A stretch of DNA of 63,951 nucleotides, the filler included, from Lenisia limosa (lineage: Eukaryota > Protista > Breviatea), in NCBI GenBank assembly GCA_001655205.1. It is 10 parts of 10 records of this genome, joined end to end, with 100 filler letters (N's around TTAATTAATTAA, not from the genome) between each part and the next. Parts side by side here need not be neighbours in the genome. Positions count along the whole stretch, not along the records: positions 1 to 24,197 come from LPNZ01006239.1; positions 24,298 to 28,925 come from LPNZ01007459.1; positions 29,026 to 34,673 come from LPNZ01002395.1; positions 34,774 to 36,736 come from LPNZ01010447.1; 6 more parts are not named here. One strand, 5' to 3'. The position numbers and the translations under genes were made by a program. Within the stretch, counting starts at the first letter, position 1, and each line of letters begins with the position of its first letter. Shown here piece after piece: positions 23,990 through 35,189 of the stretch. Below the pieces are notes generated by a model that was not told the DNA's origin, ran no database searches, and saw only the letters and a list, made by a program, of their open reading frames with translations.

Positions 23990-26900
23990 TCTACTAAGCG
24001 AGCTGATTTGACTTCCTCCTATCAGTCGATACTGAGACCAGGCCGTGTCCGTCTGGCCTTTGACTGCTTTTTGTTTTATTATTTATGGCTTCTTCAAATG
24101 TATCATATTTTCTTCGCCTTGGCTTTCTTCTTCACCCTACATGTATAATACATGGTACTTGCATCTTCTTGCGAAGCGTTATGAAACAGCCTCATTTNNN
24201 NNNNNNNNNNNNNNNNNNNNNNNNNNNNNNNNNNNNNNNNNTTAATTAATTAANNNNNNNNNNNNNNNNNNNNNNNNNNNNNNNNNNNNNNNNNNNNTAA
24301 TTTTGTTCATAAAAATACCACTTTTATCACTTTTTATTTTTTAACTACAGACACCGCCACCCCCTTTTAGATGAGCCATAAAATTGGAAAATTTTTGAAA
24401 CAAAAAAAAAGAGTCCAAAATCAACCGTATTGGCTGATAACACACGAGGGTTGATAATAAAATAAAGCCCAGGCCACTGTTCTGCATCCCGTAAACTTGG
24501 GGCGCAAAACTATAAAAACAACTACAAGAAAACAGGAGTTAAAACCCTCAATATGCAAAGGACCCCCTCGAACTGAAAACTTGAAGGGTCTCCTCCATTC
24601 GCGAGTCGATATCAGCTTCAGTAAAGATCTGTGTGATCGTCATGTTCTCCTAAAAGGTCGTCAAGGAGGTGTTGAGAATCGACAATAATTTGGATCCGTG
24701 CAAATTGTAATGGGAGCTCCATTCCAGACACTTTTAAATTTAAATTTGAGAATTGAGCAGGTTATATTATACCGAAATCTATCTATCTGTGATACTACTA
24801 CATTCACCCCATCCCCCTACATCAAAGCCCAGGGAAGGGAAGAGTTTGATTGCCTCCAGCTCAGCAATGTTCTTCTCGGTTTGGTTTAGAACCTGCATGT
24901 TCTTACGCCGCTCGTCTGTTGGGTAAAGTTGGAAAATTTGAAACCAAAAAAAGCCAAAAAACAATACAGTTAATTAGTTGGGGGGGGGGGGGGNNNNNNN
25001 NNNNNNNNNNNNNNNNNNNNNNNNNNNNNNNNNNNNNNNNNNNNNNNNNNNNNNNNCGTATCCGTTTAAAAAGTTGAACAGCAGAAATTATGAGTTATGG
25101 GTAATGAATATGTTAACCCAGATTAACGAATATTATTTCTGATGGGGGGTACAGAGTCTTGCACAAATAAGATTCATATTTAGTTATTTCAAAACAAAGA
25201 ACATCCCGATTTGCTTGTAGAAAAATGCCCACTCTCACCAGCATGCATTTTTGACACTTGGATAGAAAGCGCAGATACCTCACTGAATATTAAAAGAAAA
25301 ACGAAACATGGCTACTTTGTACTATTCACATAAAGACTGATTAGATTATATTCGACTTCATGGCATAAAGCGAGAAAGAGGATCAATGTTTCTAAATCAG
25401 CACAATAACCAACTCTGATTGCATTTTGAAGTACTTGAAGGACTCTACGTTTCCGTCAACTGTTTAGTTAGAAAAATCTATCAAGATTTGCATAATTGGT
25501 GTAGACTCATCACGGTCAGTGAGTTCGGTATGAAGCACTGAAAGCCCCCCACGAATAATTGAGATTTGATCCATGTTTTTCTCCACGTGTGAGTGCCGCG
25601 TTTGGATTGCATCGAAAAAGGCCTGAGTGTCAGTGGGAGGGGCAAAGCTGAGCTTTAGCTGGCAATATAGAGCTGCAATATTGTCCAATATTCGAGAAAT
25701 TAAGTCTTGATATAGGCAAATGGTTGGCCGAATCATTTTACACTATAATCCAATATCTTGTATACGTGTGATGGTAATTTCTCATTTCTACATATTCCGC
25801 CAACCTTGGCTTGGATTGCGTGGAACATGAAAACCTGGTCGAAGTTAACCAGGGCGTGAAGTAGGGGGGATGCCGCTTCATTACGCAGAGCTGGGTGGGG
25901 GGGTAAACTGAAGAAATTTTGATGAAGAATATTGGNNNNNNNNNNNNNNNNNNNNNNNNNNNNNNNNNNNNNNNNNNNNNNNNNNNNNNNNNNNNNNNNN
26001 NNNNNNNNNNNNNNNNNNNNNCAGATTGGCAAAATTGTTGATGGCATCCCAGGTATATATTTGTATCCTGAGTTTTTATTGTGGATTTGCACAGAGCTCA
26101 TATTGTAAGATTATGTCAATACCCAATAAAAAAGAACAGAGCAATAATAGCGCGGAGAGAAAAACGTAAACAACAACAACAACGACAACAACAACAACTA
26201 AAAAAATAGTTTCCAAAATCGCACCTTTTGAGGATAGGAGGGACTCGTGGAGGGGAGGCATTTCCGCAGGAACTATGGCATGAATGAATACGGTGAAGAG
26301 GAAGCAAGGGGCAAGATAAGGAATGTAGTTGACACAAGATATTCGTATTATCACGTTAATAACACCGGATTTCTCTGTTTCCTTTGTAACCAACCTTCAG
26401 CTAATGGCAAAACGGAGTTTGGGGCAATTTCAACTTCACTACCCTAAAAATTGCGTTATAAGACAACTACTTTGAAAAGAGTGGAGAAAAGTAACTCATA
26501 GCACCCCCCCCCCNNNNNNNNNNNNNNNNNNNNNNNNNNNNNNNNNNNNNNNNNNNNNNNNNNNNNNNNNNNNNNNNNNNNNNNNNNNNNNNNNNNNNAG
26601 AGAACGTGATTGTCATAGAGGAAGAACCTATGGGTGGTCTGGAGTGTCAATGAACATATAACAATATAATTATCAAACCACTTCTACAAACCACTGTCCA
26701 TGATGTAACGATTTACAAGGTTATTGACTTAAAGAAAAACAACAACACCAAACAAACAACAAATAATAACAACAATAATAACACAAAAACAAGTAGTTGG
26801 ATTGAAAACTACCCTAACGCAGGTTTGATGAAAGCCCCCTCTCACATCGCACAAATCCTCTACGGAAAGCGTCAGACGGGGATCCACGATTTTGCCATTA

Positions 26901-27453
26901 CGGACAAGAACGAATTCGGAGGGACCAAGGTTCACAAATTCGGCAAGGGAGTTGTAAAGATCACTCATTCTGCGAGGTGAGGAAAACAAAAGCAAAATGG
27001 AAAGTCTCTCTGAAAGCCCTGTTGACACATTTTGAGAAGTAATGTGATATTTTCGGAATGAATTTTAATATTAACAGGTTTATACTATTGCTGGCGAAGA
27101 AAATATCAGAGTTGACTTTGGATTGAGTGAATGATGGATAAGGAGGAAGATAGCTTTTGGCTAATTGAATTGCCCTTAATATGGTTAGAATATCAGATAA
27201 ATCACCAAGGGGAACCTGGAAAGCTCAATAGAACCACTCACAAAACTGCATTATTGACTGTGAAGTCATGGTAGTCCCCAGTTTGCGCAAAATATATGTG
27301 TAGCTGTGACTTCTTCTCCACATCGGCGACAGGAGCGGGTTGATTGTTTTGGGGGAAGCTTGGAACGGCTTCCCAGCTTTCAGCACTGTCATCAGTGAGG
27401 TTTGTCCCCTGTGCTTTCCGCAATAGGGCGGAGACCGTGGGGTCTTGGTTCAT
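23990..27453 (-). CDS. ATG11/FIP200-like protein, N-terminal part (C-terminus probably lost at the 24198-24297 linker)
   Basis: ATG 27453. Ubiquitin-like segment QLHIYFAQTGDYHDFTVNNAVLMSDLYNSLAEFVNLGPSEFVLVRNGKIVDPRLTL, then helical exons and NIAELEAIKLFPSL / ITQIFTEADIDSRMEE, resembling the ATG11/ATG17 scaffold segment. Similarity judged by eye. Confidence 0.5.
24198..24297. other. Artificial scaffold linker N44-TTAATTAATTAA-N44 (first of nine)
   Basis: Identical 12-mer with stops in all six frames at 24242, 28970, 34718, 36781, 41286, 43420, 53535, 61064 and 62294, each centred in a 100-base gap. Confidence 0.95.
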
Positions 27454-27755
27454 CAAATAATTCAGTGAATAAATGAACTCAGCAGACTACGTTCATCCTG
27501 TGTTTTCTTCTAAACTTGGAAACTTACGTGCTTAACGTGCAACGTATACACACTTTTTCTTTTGCTAATATAGTTGTCTTTATTTTTCACCAAATTACCA
27601 ATTGTTATCAAAAGTAATCAGTTTTCAACAGAATTTTTGTTTGCCAATTTGCTTTCAAAAATCCATTGTTTATATAGATTTGTCAAAATAATCTAAATTT
27701 TGTGTAAACTGGAGTTTTAAGGTAGTTCACGATTCTGTCGCCGCGCATTTCTACG

Positions 27756-28680
27756 ATGGAAACTAACCTCCAGAGGCATCCTGTCAACGAATAAGTGCAC
27801 TATTGTAAACAAAAGCTCTATTTCCACGTTACCAGCTTAACTCGTCTTCAATTGCTATATTGCAATGGTAACGGTTACTTCCCCCACCTTGATCTCGTCC
27901 CCCTTGTCCCCAGTCTCTTTGGTTTCCCCGGATTCGCCATCTTTAAGAGCGCCGAAGAGCACTTTATCATCAGCTTACTTCTCGCCAAACCCCAAGAAGG
28001 CGAAGTCTGCCACCCCAAGGTTGGCAGGTTGTCATTGTTTTCTTTTGTCAACTAAAGTGTGGTGATGGAAGAGGTTAGGGATGGGGAAATAGAGAAATGT
28101 GTAAGATAGAGAAGTATATTATGAAATTCTTATCAATTATTCATGCACTATTACCCCCCACCTTATCGCCCCCTTTCACGAGACCGCAACGGTTTTAGTT
28201 TGGGTTTACTCCCCAAAAGACCAGTAAAATATCGATATTTAAGGATTCAGTCATTTTTGTAAACTAAGTGAATCCATTGTTGTTGTCCGTTCATATGTTG
28301 GGGTGAGAGATTAAACAACAGCTAGTATAGGCACCGTCATGCTTTTAGTGATAGGATTATTGTATTGTGATGTCACCGCCCTCCTCTCTGCTCCCCCAAT
28401 ACTCATTTCAACATAGTAATGATTGGAACCTTATTGTGATTTTTTTGATTAACATGATGGTAGTTTCTCTCTTCTTCGTAGTTGTTTTCAACCCTTGTGT
28501 TTTGCTAGCCAACAGTTTTGATTTTGTGCTCTGTTCCATAAATTTTCCATTTTACTCCCCAGCACCCCCCACACCCCGCGCGCCCCTGCCCGTAGCACAC
28601 CACTATCGCCAATGGAGTCTCAGCTACCTGCGGCTCCCACTCCCGCACAAAAGTTTGGGGCTATATTGCATTCGAATTGG
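27756..28680 (+). CDS. Ser/Pro-rich exons of a hypothetical gene (link to downstream kinase unproven)
   Basis: Exon-like blocks at about 27836-28020 (SPTLISSPLSPVSLVSPDSPSLR..) and from 28563, with splice signals. Confidence 0.3.
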
Positions 28681-29047
28681 TACTAAAACAGTAATCAATT
28701 AGCTGATGGTGTGGGCGGCTTTGGCCTGACATCATATATTAACTGAGTCTTTTTGGGACCATCATGAAGCCCTATTAATCTATTTCAATCCACATTTCTT
28801 TAAGAAAATGAAGCTTCTGGGTTACAAAGTGTGCAGAGTACTTTCAACTGGTCAACGGGTTGATTTTCCCACTTCTTACTGCATAAGCCCCCATCACCAA
28901 TATATTGATACACTACCCCTCTCCCNNNNNNNNNNNNNNNNNNNNNNNNNNNNNNNNNNNNNNNNNNNNTTAATTAATTAANNNNNNNNNNNNNNNNNNN
29001 NNNNNNNNNNNNNNNNNNNNNNNNNTACCCTTTTTACCACCCCCCAG

Positions 29048-29610
29048 GATGGCACTTTCACATGCGCCATGATGGAGGATATTAAGTTTCCCAGTTCCCC
29101 CTTTTCCACCCAGGTACTCCAGCTGATCTCAAGCTGCATTAAAGTAGGGTACCTGGTTTGTCGAAGTTTTCTTTCTTTCTACTTGGGCAGGAGGGTTCTT
29201 CCATTGAAAATTCGTATTCCGTGTAATCAATAATTTGAAGAAATTAAATGACAAAGTTTGAAATTAATGTGTCTGAAATGGAGTTTCCATGACTAGATAT
29301 TCGTCTTTTTAAGATAGAATTGAAATTACTGCCTACTTCTACTATTACTCTCAGCATTCATCTGATATCTGGGGGGGGGGATATTCTATTGCTATTCGAA
29401 ATAATTATCAAAAATCACATTTAGATATGAAGCCTCACCCCCACCCCCAGGATTTATTTTATTCTTTTCAACCCTTGTGTGTTGAGTTCATTTTTTCCTT
29501 TTTTGTTTCTTAAATTGTCCAATTTTACTCCTCACTAGGTGAATCCCGAGGAGCGCCCCACTCTCACAAGTCTCATAGCAACAACAGCATTTTTGATAGA
29601 CGCTGCATAG
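29048..29610 (+). CDS. Protein kinase C-terminal exons (subdomains X-XI, STK16/NAK-like)
   Basis: Exons 29048-29143 and 29539-29610: DGTFTCAMMEDIKFPSSPFSTQVLQLISSCIK|VNPEERPTLTSLI..*. Catalytic exons are absent (linker at 28926-29025). Confidence 0.6.
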
Positions 29611-30350
29611 AACAAAGCGGGGCTTTTGTTGGATTTTTCAAGGACGTTTTCGTAGTTAGGATGGAAACATCATTGAACAAAGTTTTCGTAGTATCTCATA
29701 TAGTCGAACAAATATTTGCCCACCTTTTATTATGAAAAAGATGCCTTGCTCCTCATACAAAATACATAGCGATAGTGTAGACGGCTTCTACTGCCAAATA
29801 CCATTTTGTTTCATTGGAAATGCACCACACACAACTCTGACACAAATTCATCTTCTGTCGGTCAGTCTGCGGTCGTTTTTTGGTAGTATCTTAAAAAATT
29901 GGCTGGTGTGATGGTGTGTGGTGGTGTAACATTTACTGGGAGTGACCCTCTTGCGATAAGATGAGAAAATGCCCATTTTCACTTTTTATGTCTGTTTTTC
30001 CAATTAGGCAAGTATCCAACTTTCTTTAACATTTGGGTTCCAAATAGCAAAATAGTAATAAAAAAATCAAAACAGCAAATTTATTCCAATTCTAAGAATA
30101 TTGCAAAATCACACCAATAACAAGAGCAAGATTTTGAACCATACTTTACACCGACCTTTTTTGAAAATGGCCCCGGGCGAATGGTTTAGAGTGAAGTTGA
30201 ATGTGGAGTGAAAACTGGGCTAAAATTGGTTTCTCCGGCTTTAAAACTCAAAATAACAATTAATAATGACCTGATACATCCATGTACAAGGATATCCTCT
30301 GGATAATACAAAGAAAAGTTATTTGAAAATCTGGATAATACAAAGAAATG

Positions 30351-33000
30351 CTATTTGAAAATGAGTTCAGCCGTGGCAACAAAGTGATGGCCGTCGTAGC
30401 CCCTCATCCCAAAGTGGATATAACCCCAAGAGGGGGTAATAGTCTGAGTGGTAGTTAGGTAATCTGAAAGACCACACTTATTGAATGGCTACAATACCTT
30501 CTCAAAGGAAGCCACGTTGACGTCATAGTTATTGCCAAAAAGCGTGTTACATCCGGCTGAGCAACTGACAATTTGGTCCTATTAGGGTCAGATAATAACA
30601 ACAGCTCAAATTTGGTTGAAAAATCTAGTATTTACCCAAGGCCAATACCCGCCCTACATCATAGTGGTAGTTAACGGAAGAGTTTTCATTCGGGTTAGAA
30701 CTGAATTGGAAAGCAACACCAGGAGTTGAAGTGGATACTGGATGGATAAGAGCAAAATAGCTGGAACCACAGATTTGAGCGAAACAATATGTCTTTTAAA
30801 TAGTGAAATATTTTGTACAATTTAGTTCACAGCGTCATTTCTTAGGTTCTGAGAGACTAAGAAATATAAAAAAAGAACTTTTTGACCAAAGCAGTCCACT
30901 AATTGTAAGAGGGAAATGACTTTTTCTCTCTTGGTGTGTATTGACGTGATGTTAAAGTTTAAAGCGAGATGTGTACCGTTTGGTGACAATGCTACTAACA
31001 TCTCTACCCCCTTAAAAAACCCTTCAATTGAATAAACCTTGCAGAACCGGCAAGGAAGACTAGAGAGAATAAGACTTGCAGAACCGGAAAGGAAGACAAG
31101 AGAGAGCACAAAGACCCTTTCTTCCTCTGTTTCAGAGAAAGCCATGATTTGGATATCGTCTTCCTTTGAGGGCAAATTCATGATTTCTTGAGGTTCAATG
31201 CATCTCTTTCTCTTTTCTCTTTTCAAATAATTGTATCTTTCAATAAAAATCAATTCGAGAGCAAATGAAAGAAACCAGTAAATCACCCAAAAGAAAAAAA
31301 TGAGACATACTAAGGAGTTTTTCTTTTTCTCTGAAAAAAATAACTGCAATACTCGAACCCTTTTCAGAGACCCATTTTAATATCACCGGAGAGAAGCCCT
31401 TGCAACACCCCTCTCATATTTATAGCAATCAGAAATAAAAAATAAAGATGTATCTGGCCGAAGCCGTTCACACCATCACGCTTAGAAGAGATATTGGATT
31501 AAAGTGTCATATTAATTCACCCAATCAATTGACCCTCATACCAAGGTCATTAGGCGCAACAATTAGGTTGACCGCTATAAGGGGTGAATTCATGATTAAT
31601 AAGATGGTATTACTGTTGGTCCAACTTGTCAAGTTAATTTTGTTAAAAAAGCGCCTGTTGCCATTGTGGACTCACTTGTGATATGAACTCGGGTGTTAAA
31701 ATCAAGGCCACAGCCACAATGTGATGTAGGGGTTGAGTCAGCAAGGTCACAGTTGTAAGAAAGTATATCTGATGTGTTAGTAGACCTTCTCAGAGTTTGA
31801 ATATCAACAGTATATTGTAATTAGAGCTTCACTTTCGGTTCCAAAAGACGGATAAAATATCGATATTTATCGAGATTTTTCCTAGAATTTATCGAGAATA
31901 TATCGAGAATTTATCGAGAATTTATTGACGAGAATCAGTCTTTTTTTGGAACCAAAAGTGAAGCTCTAATTGTAATATAGTATAATATAAAAACTATTCT
32001 CATCAGAAAGCCACTCACGATTTACATAGGATATGTCTCTGCAAGTTGATGAAACAAATCGATCCACTGTTCCTTGAGATAGTCTACTCCAGTTGTCTGT
32101 AGGGTGAGAATACAGCAATTCACAATATCCATAAGATTGACTTGCGTTCAAATTGCAAATTCCAGCCATATTATTTGTGTAAGCAAACCCTCCAACCTCC
32201 AAATGTGGCATGGCTAAAGCATTCCAACTCATACATATCAGCTACATGGTGAAAAACTATTTATTCGTATGTAATGAATCGCGTCTCAAACATCAGAAAC
32301 GGAAGCACCCCTACAGTCAGGATTGCCGAAATTGAAGAGTCCAACTGTTCCGGCTGGAAGGTCTGCACAGCTTTTTGCTGCTTAGATAAGATCTTCATAT
32401 CAAAAGGATACTCAAGGGGCAAGACCCAACCTTGGTACACTGACGGAAGTTTCCAGTTCGCAATAGGGGTACCTGTGCATTCCACAGAAACCTGGTGGTA
32501 AGATGCTCAAGTTATGATTACATGTTGAGACAAATTCCACCAAAAACTACCCATCTTACCGTTGAGTTGGCGGCAAAGCCATTTAGAACGCGCGCAGCAC
32601 AATTTTGATATCCCAACACGTTATCATAGGGGTCACAAGTAATGTCCAGGCCTGTATGGGAGGGCGGCAAGGTGTGGCAAAGAATGTTGGAATTCTAAAT
32701 CGTCATTGTAAGGCTTAAAAAAGTCCTATCGAGACCGTGTAGTATTTTTGCTAACCAAATCCACTTGAGTGCTCAAAGAATTGAAAGCTGACTACAACTG
32801 TCAAAATAGAGCTATAGAAGAATCGCAGATCATTCATTTGCATATTCATATTACATGTATATAATCAAACTTTTTAGAGTTGTTGTTTTGCAACCAAATT
32901 GATTAGATTTTCAACTTTCAGCTTGGATTGTCAATCCTTTCTTCGGATCAAAATAAACCCGAATGTGTTTAGTGAAGTATGCCAGTCATTCAAGTAAAAT
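30351..33000 (-). CDS. Multi-exon Cys/aromatic-rich hypothetical protein (one or two genes)
   Basis: Exons such as ITCDPYDNVLGYQNCAARVLNGF, GGFAYTNNMAGICNLNASQSYGYCELLY, SHCGCGLDFNTRVHIT, DQIVSCSAGCNTLFG, and last exon WGYIHFGMRGYDGHHFVATAELIFK* (stop 30351-30353). Start not resolved. Confidence 0.45.
31824..31966. mobile_element. MITE-A with internal expansion of an ATTTATCGAGA unit
   Basis: TA flanks, TIRs, about 5 tandem 10-11-bp units in the core. Confidence 0.8.
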
Positions 33001-33574
33001 CCAAAAAAAAAAAAATTGGTTAAGATTCAGTCTTCACAATCATGATATTAGTTGACATAATTTCATAAAAATCCAAAATTATCTTAGAGGGCGTAGCGAT
33101 TAAGTCACACAATAAAAAGACCCAAAATTTGTTATCCCTGAAGGAAAGACTTTTTGGAGACTTAGTCACTGTACATTATACTATATGATACATCAATAAA
33201 TTGATATAATAACATGATACCGTATTACGTAATCACACTAATATTATGACTATCCCCTAAGAAAACGAAATAATGAAAAGCAAACTAAACAGCACAATTC
33301 TACAATAAGTTGACTGCAGTAATAATAAACCTCAAAGGTGAGTTCCCTTCGGAGGAAGTATCAAACACTCCCTCCAAACGTAAGTGACTGGACTGCTTGG
33401 CACAGAAGGCCGGTCCACAATAGAGACCTCGAAAAGCATCTCCCCTGTAGGTCCGGTGTTTGTGGTGGCTTTGAAGGCCGAGACACTTTGAGGTTAAGAG
33501 GGGGGAAAGGTGAATACAGGCTTGCGACGTGAAAGATATGGGATATTTTAAAGAAATGTGCGGGGTTTTGATGA

Positions 33575-33660
33575 CATCCTTAGAATTCTCAGAGATAACA
33601 AAGCTCAAGTTAGACCCATCCTTAGAATTCTCAGAGATAACAAAGCTCAAGTTAGACCCA
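33575..33660. repeat. 42-bp perfect tandem duplication
   Basis: CATCCTTAGAATTCTCAGAGATAACAAAGCTCAAGTTAGACC x2. Confidence 0.9.
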
Positions 33661-35189
33661 TACTATCCTGCAAATGTAAAGGTATATTTTGTTGTAATAT
33701 GTAGATATATTTTTCTTGATGTATGTGAATATTTAAGCTGACAACAGAATACTAAGTTTTGTGAAATTCGATATCTGAGTTAGAGGAATAAGTATCATCA
33801 AGAAATCTAAGAAAGGGGGCAAAAAAGATATTTGAAGAGAAATCTGGAATCTGGAAACCTGGACAGTTAAACCAGATTGAATATCATTTTCCCAGATTCA
33901 AAAAGATTCCAGATTTCCACTTCACTCACCTAATAACAAGTAACACAAGCAATCCAATAATCATGGTGAAGAGAGAGGGCTTGTGGGCTTGTACTCCGGT
34001 CACTCTGCACAAATTTCTCGGCTTTAGCGTGAACCTCAGGTTCTGGGTAGGTGAGGTGGGTGGTTCGTGGTTACCAATTTTACAAGATTGTTTTTCACTT
34101 TCGGTTTACAAACAGGTAATTATAAACCTTCGGAACTTGTTTATTACAACATGGTGGTGGTGGTTTGGGAGGTTGAGGGGAGGAAGGCAGGAGGGTGGTG
34201 TGTGATTCGATTGGTTTCGGAGTCGGAAGGACCTAAATTATCCGCCTTCCAGGGTCCGGTTGAGAAAGCCAGGCCCGGTGCGGCGCACCAACGTTCCCCG
34301 AGAAACATGGATAATAACATGTTTATCGGTTCCATATTATAGGGTACTTGTTACTTGTGAGGGTTTATGTGTTTATCTCACGTTTATCATTTCAATAAAT
34401 CATAGTTTTCTTTTTTTCAAATTTTAAGTATTTAACAAAACCTTGCAGCCGTTCTTCTTATTGCCAAGTTTGTGCCAAGTTGGGTAAATGGGAGTATGGG
34501 AGTTGAATGCGGGAGGAGGAGAGGAGTTAAAAAAAAAAAGGGGGGGGGGAGAGTCAGACCTAGGAGAAATATAGATAAATACAAACATATATTAGATATA
34601 GTATATATATATATATATTATATATTACTATATGATATATGATATAGCTATTATACATATGATATCATATATGNNNNNNNNNNNNNNNNNNNNNNNNNNN
34701 NNNNNNNNNNNNNNNNNTTAATTAATTAANNNNNNNNNNNNNNNNNNNNNNNNNNNNNNNNNNNNNNNNNNNNGGGGGGGGGGGGGAGTAAAACGACGGA
34801 AATTTCAATGAAGAATATTGGCGTAAAGGTACATACAAATCATAATATGCATAATAATAGAGAACTGTGAGAAAAGAGTAAAAAAAGAAGATTGCTTCAG
34901 CCAGATAAATAATCCAATATCTCTTATAAGCGTGATAGACGGCTTCGGTTAGATACATACAACCTTGCTTTTTTATTCTCATCTACTTATTTATTCCAAG
35001 AAATTTTAGTCCCAACAATTTTTTTGGAGACAATACTTGGTAAAATTTGACATTAATGTGCCTGATATCAGATGATGTTCTTGTTACAGTTTTCACTTCA
35101 AATTTCACAGTTAATTTCTCAATTTCTTAATTTTGGGTCAGATTATTTCTTACTTTTTGCAGAGTAGCGGACTCAGCAAGCTCGGGATT

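Noticed and set aside
24242-24253. Perfect palindrome TTAATTAATTAA recurring nine times
   Set aside because: Always centred in exactly 100-base N gaps and gives stops in six frames: an assembly spacer, not biology.
34540-34673. AT-alternating tract as a regulatory element or origin
   Set aside because: Simple (TA)n-like low-complexity sequence at a contig end; no further support.
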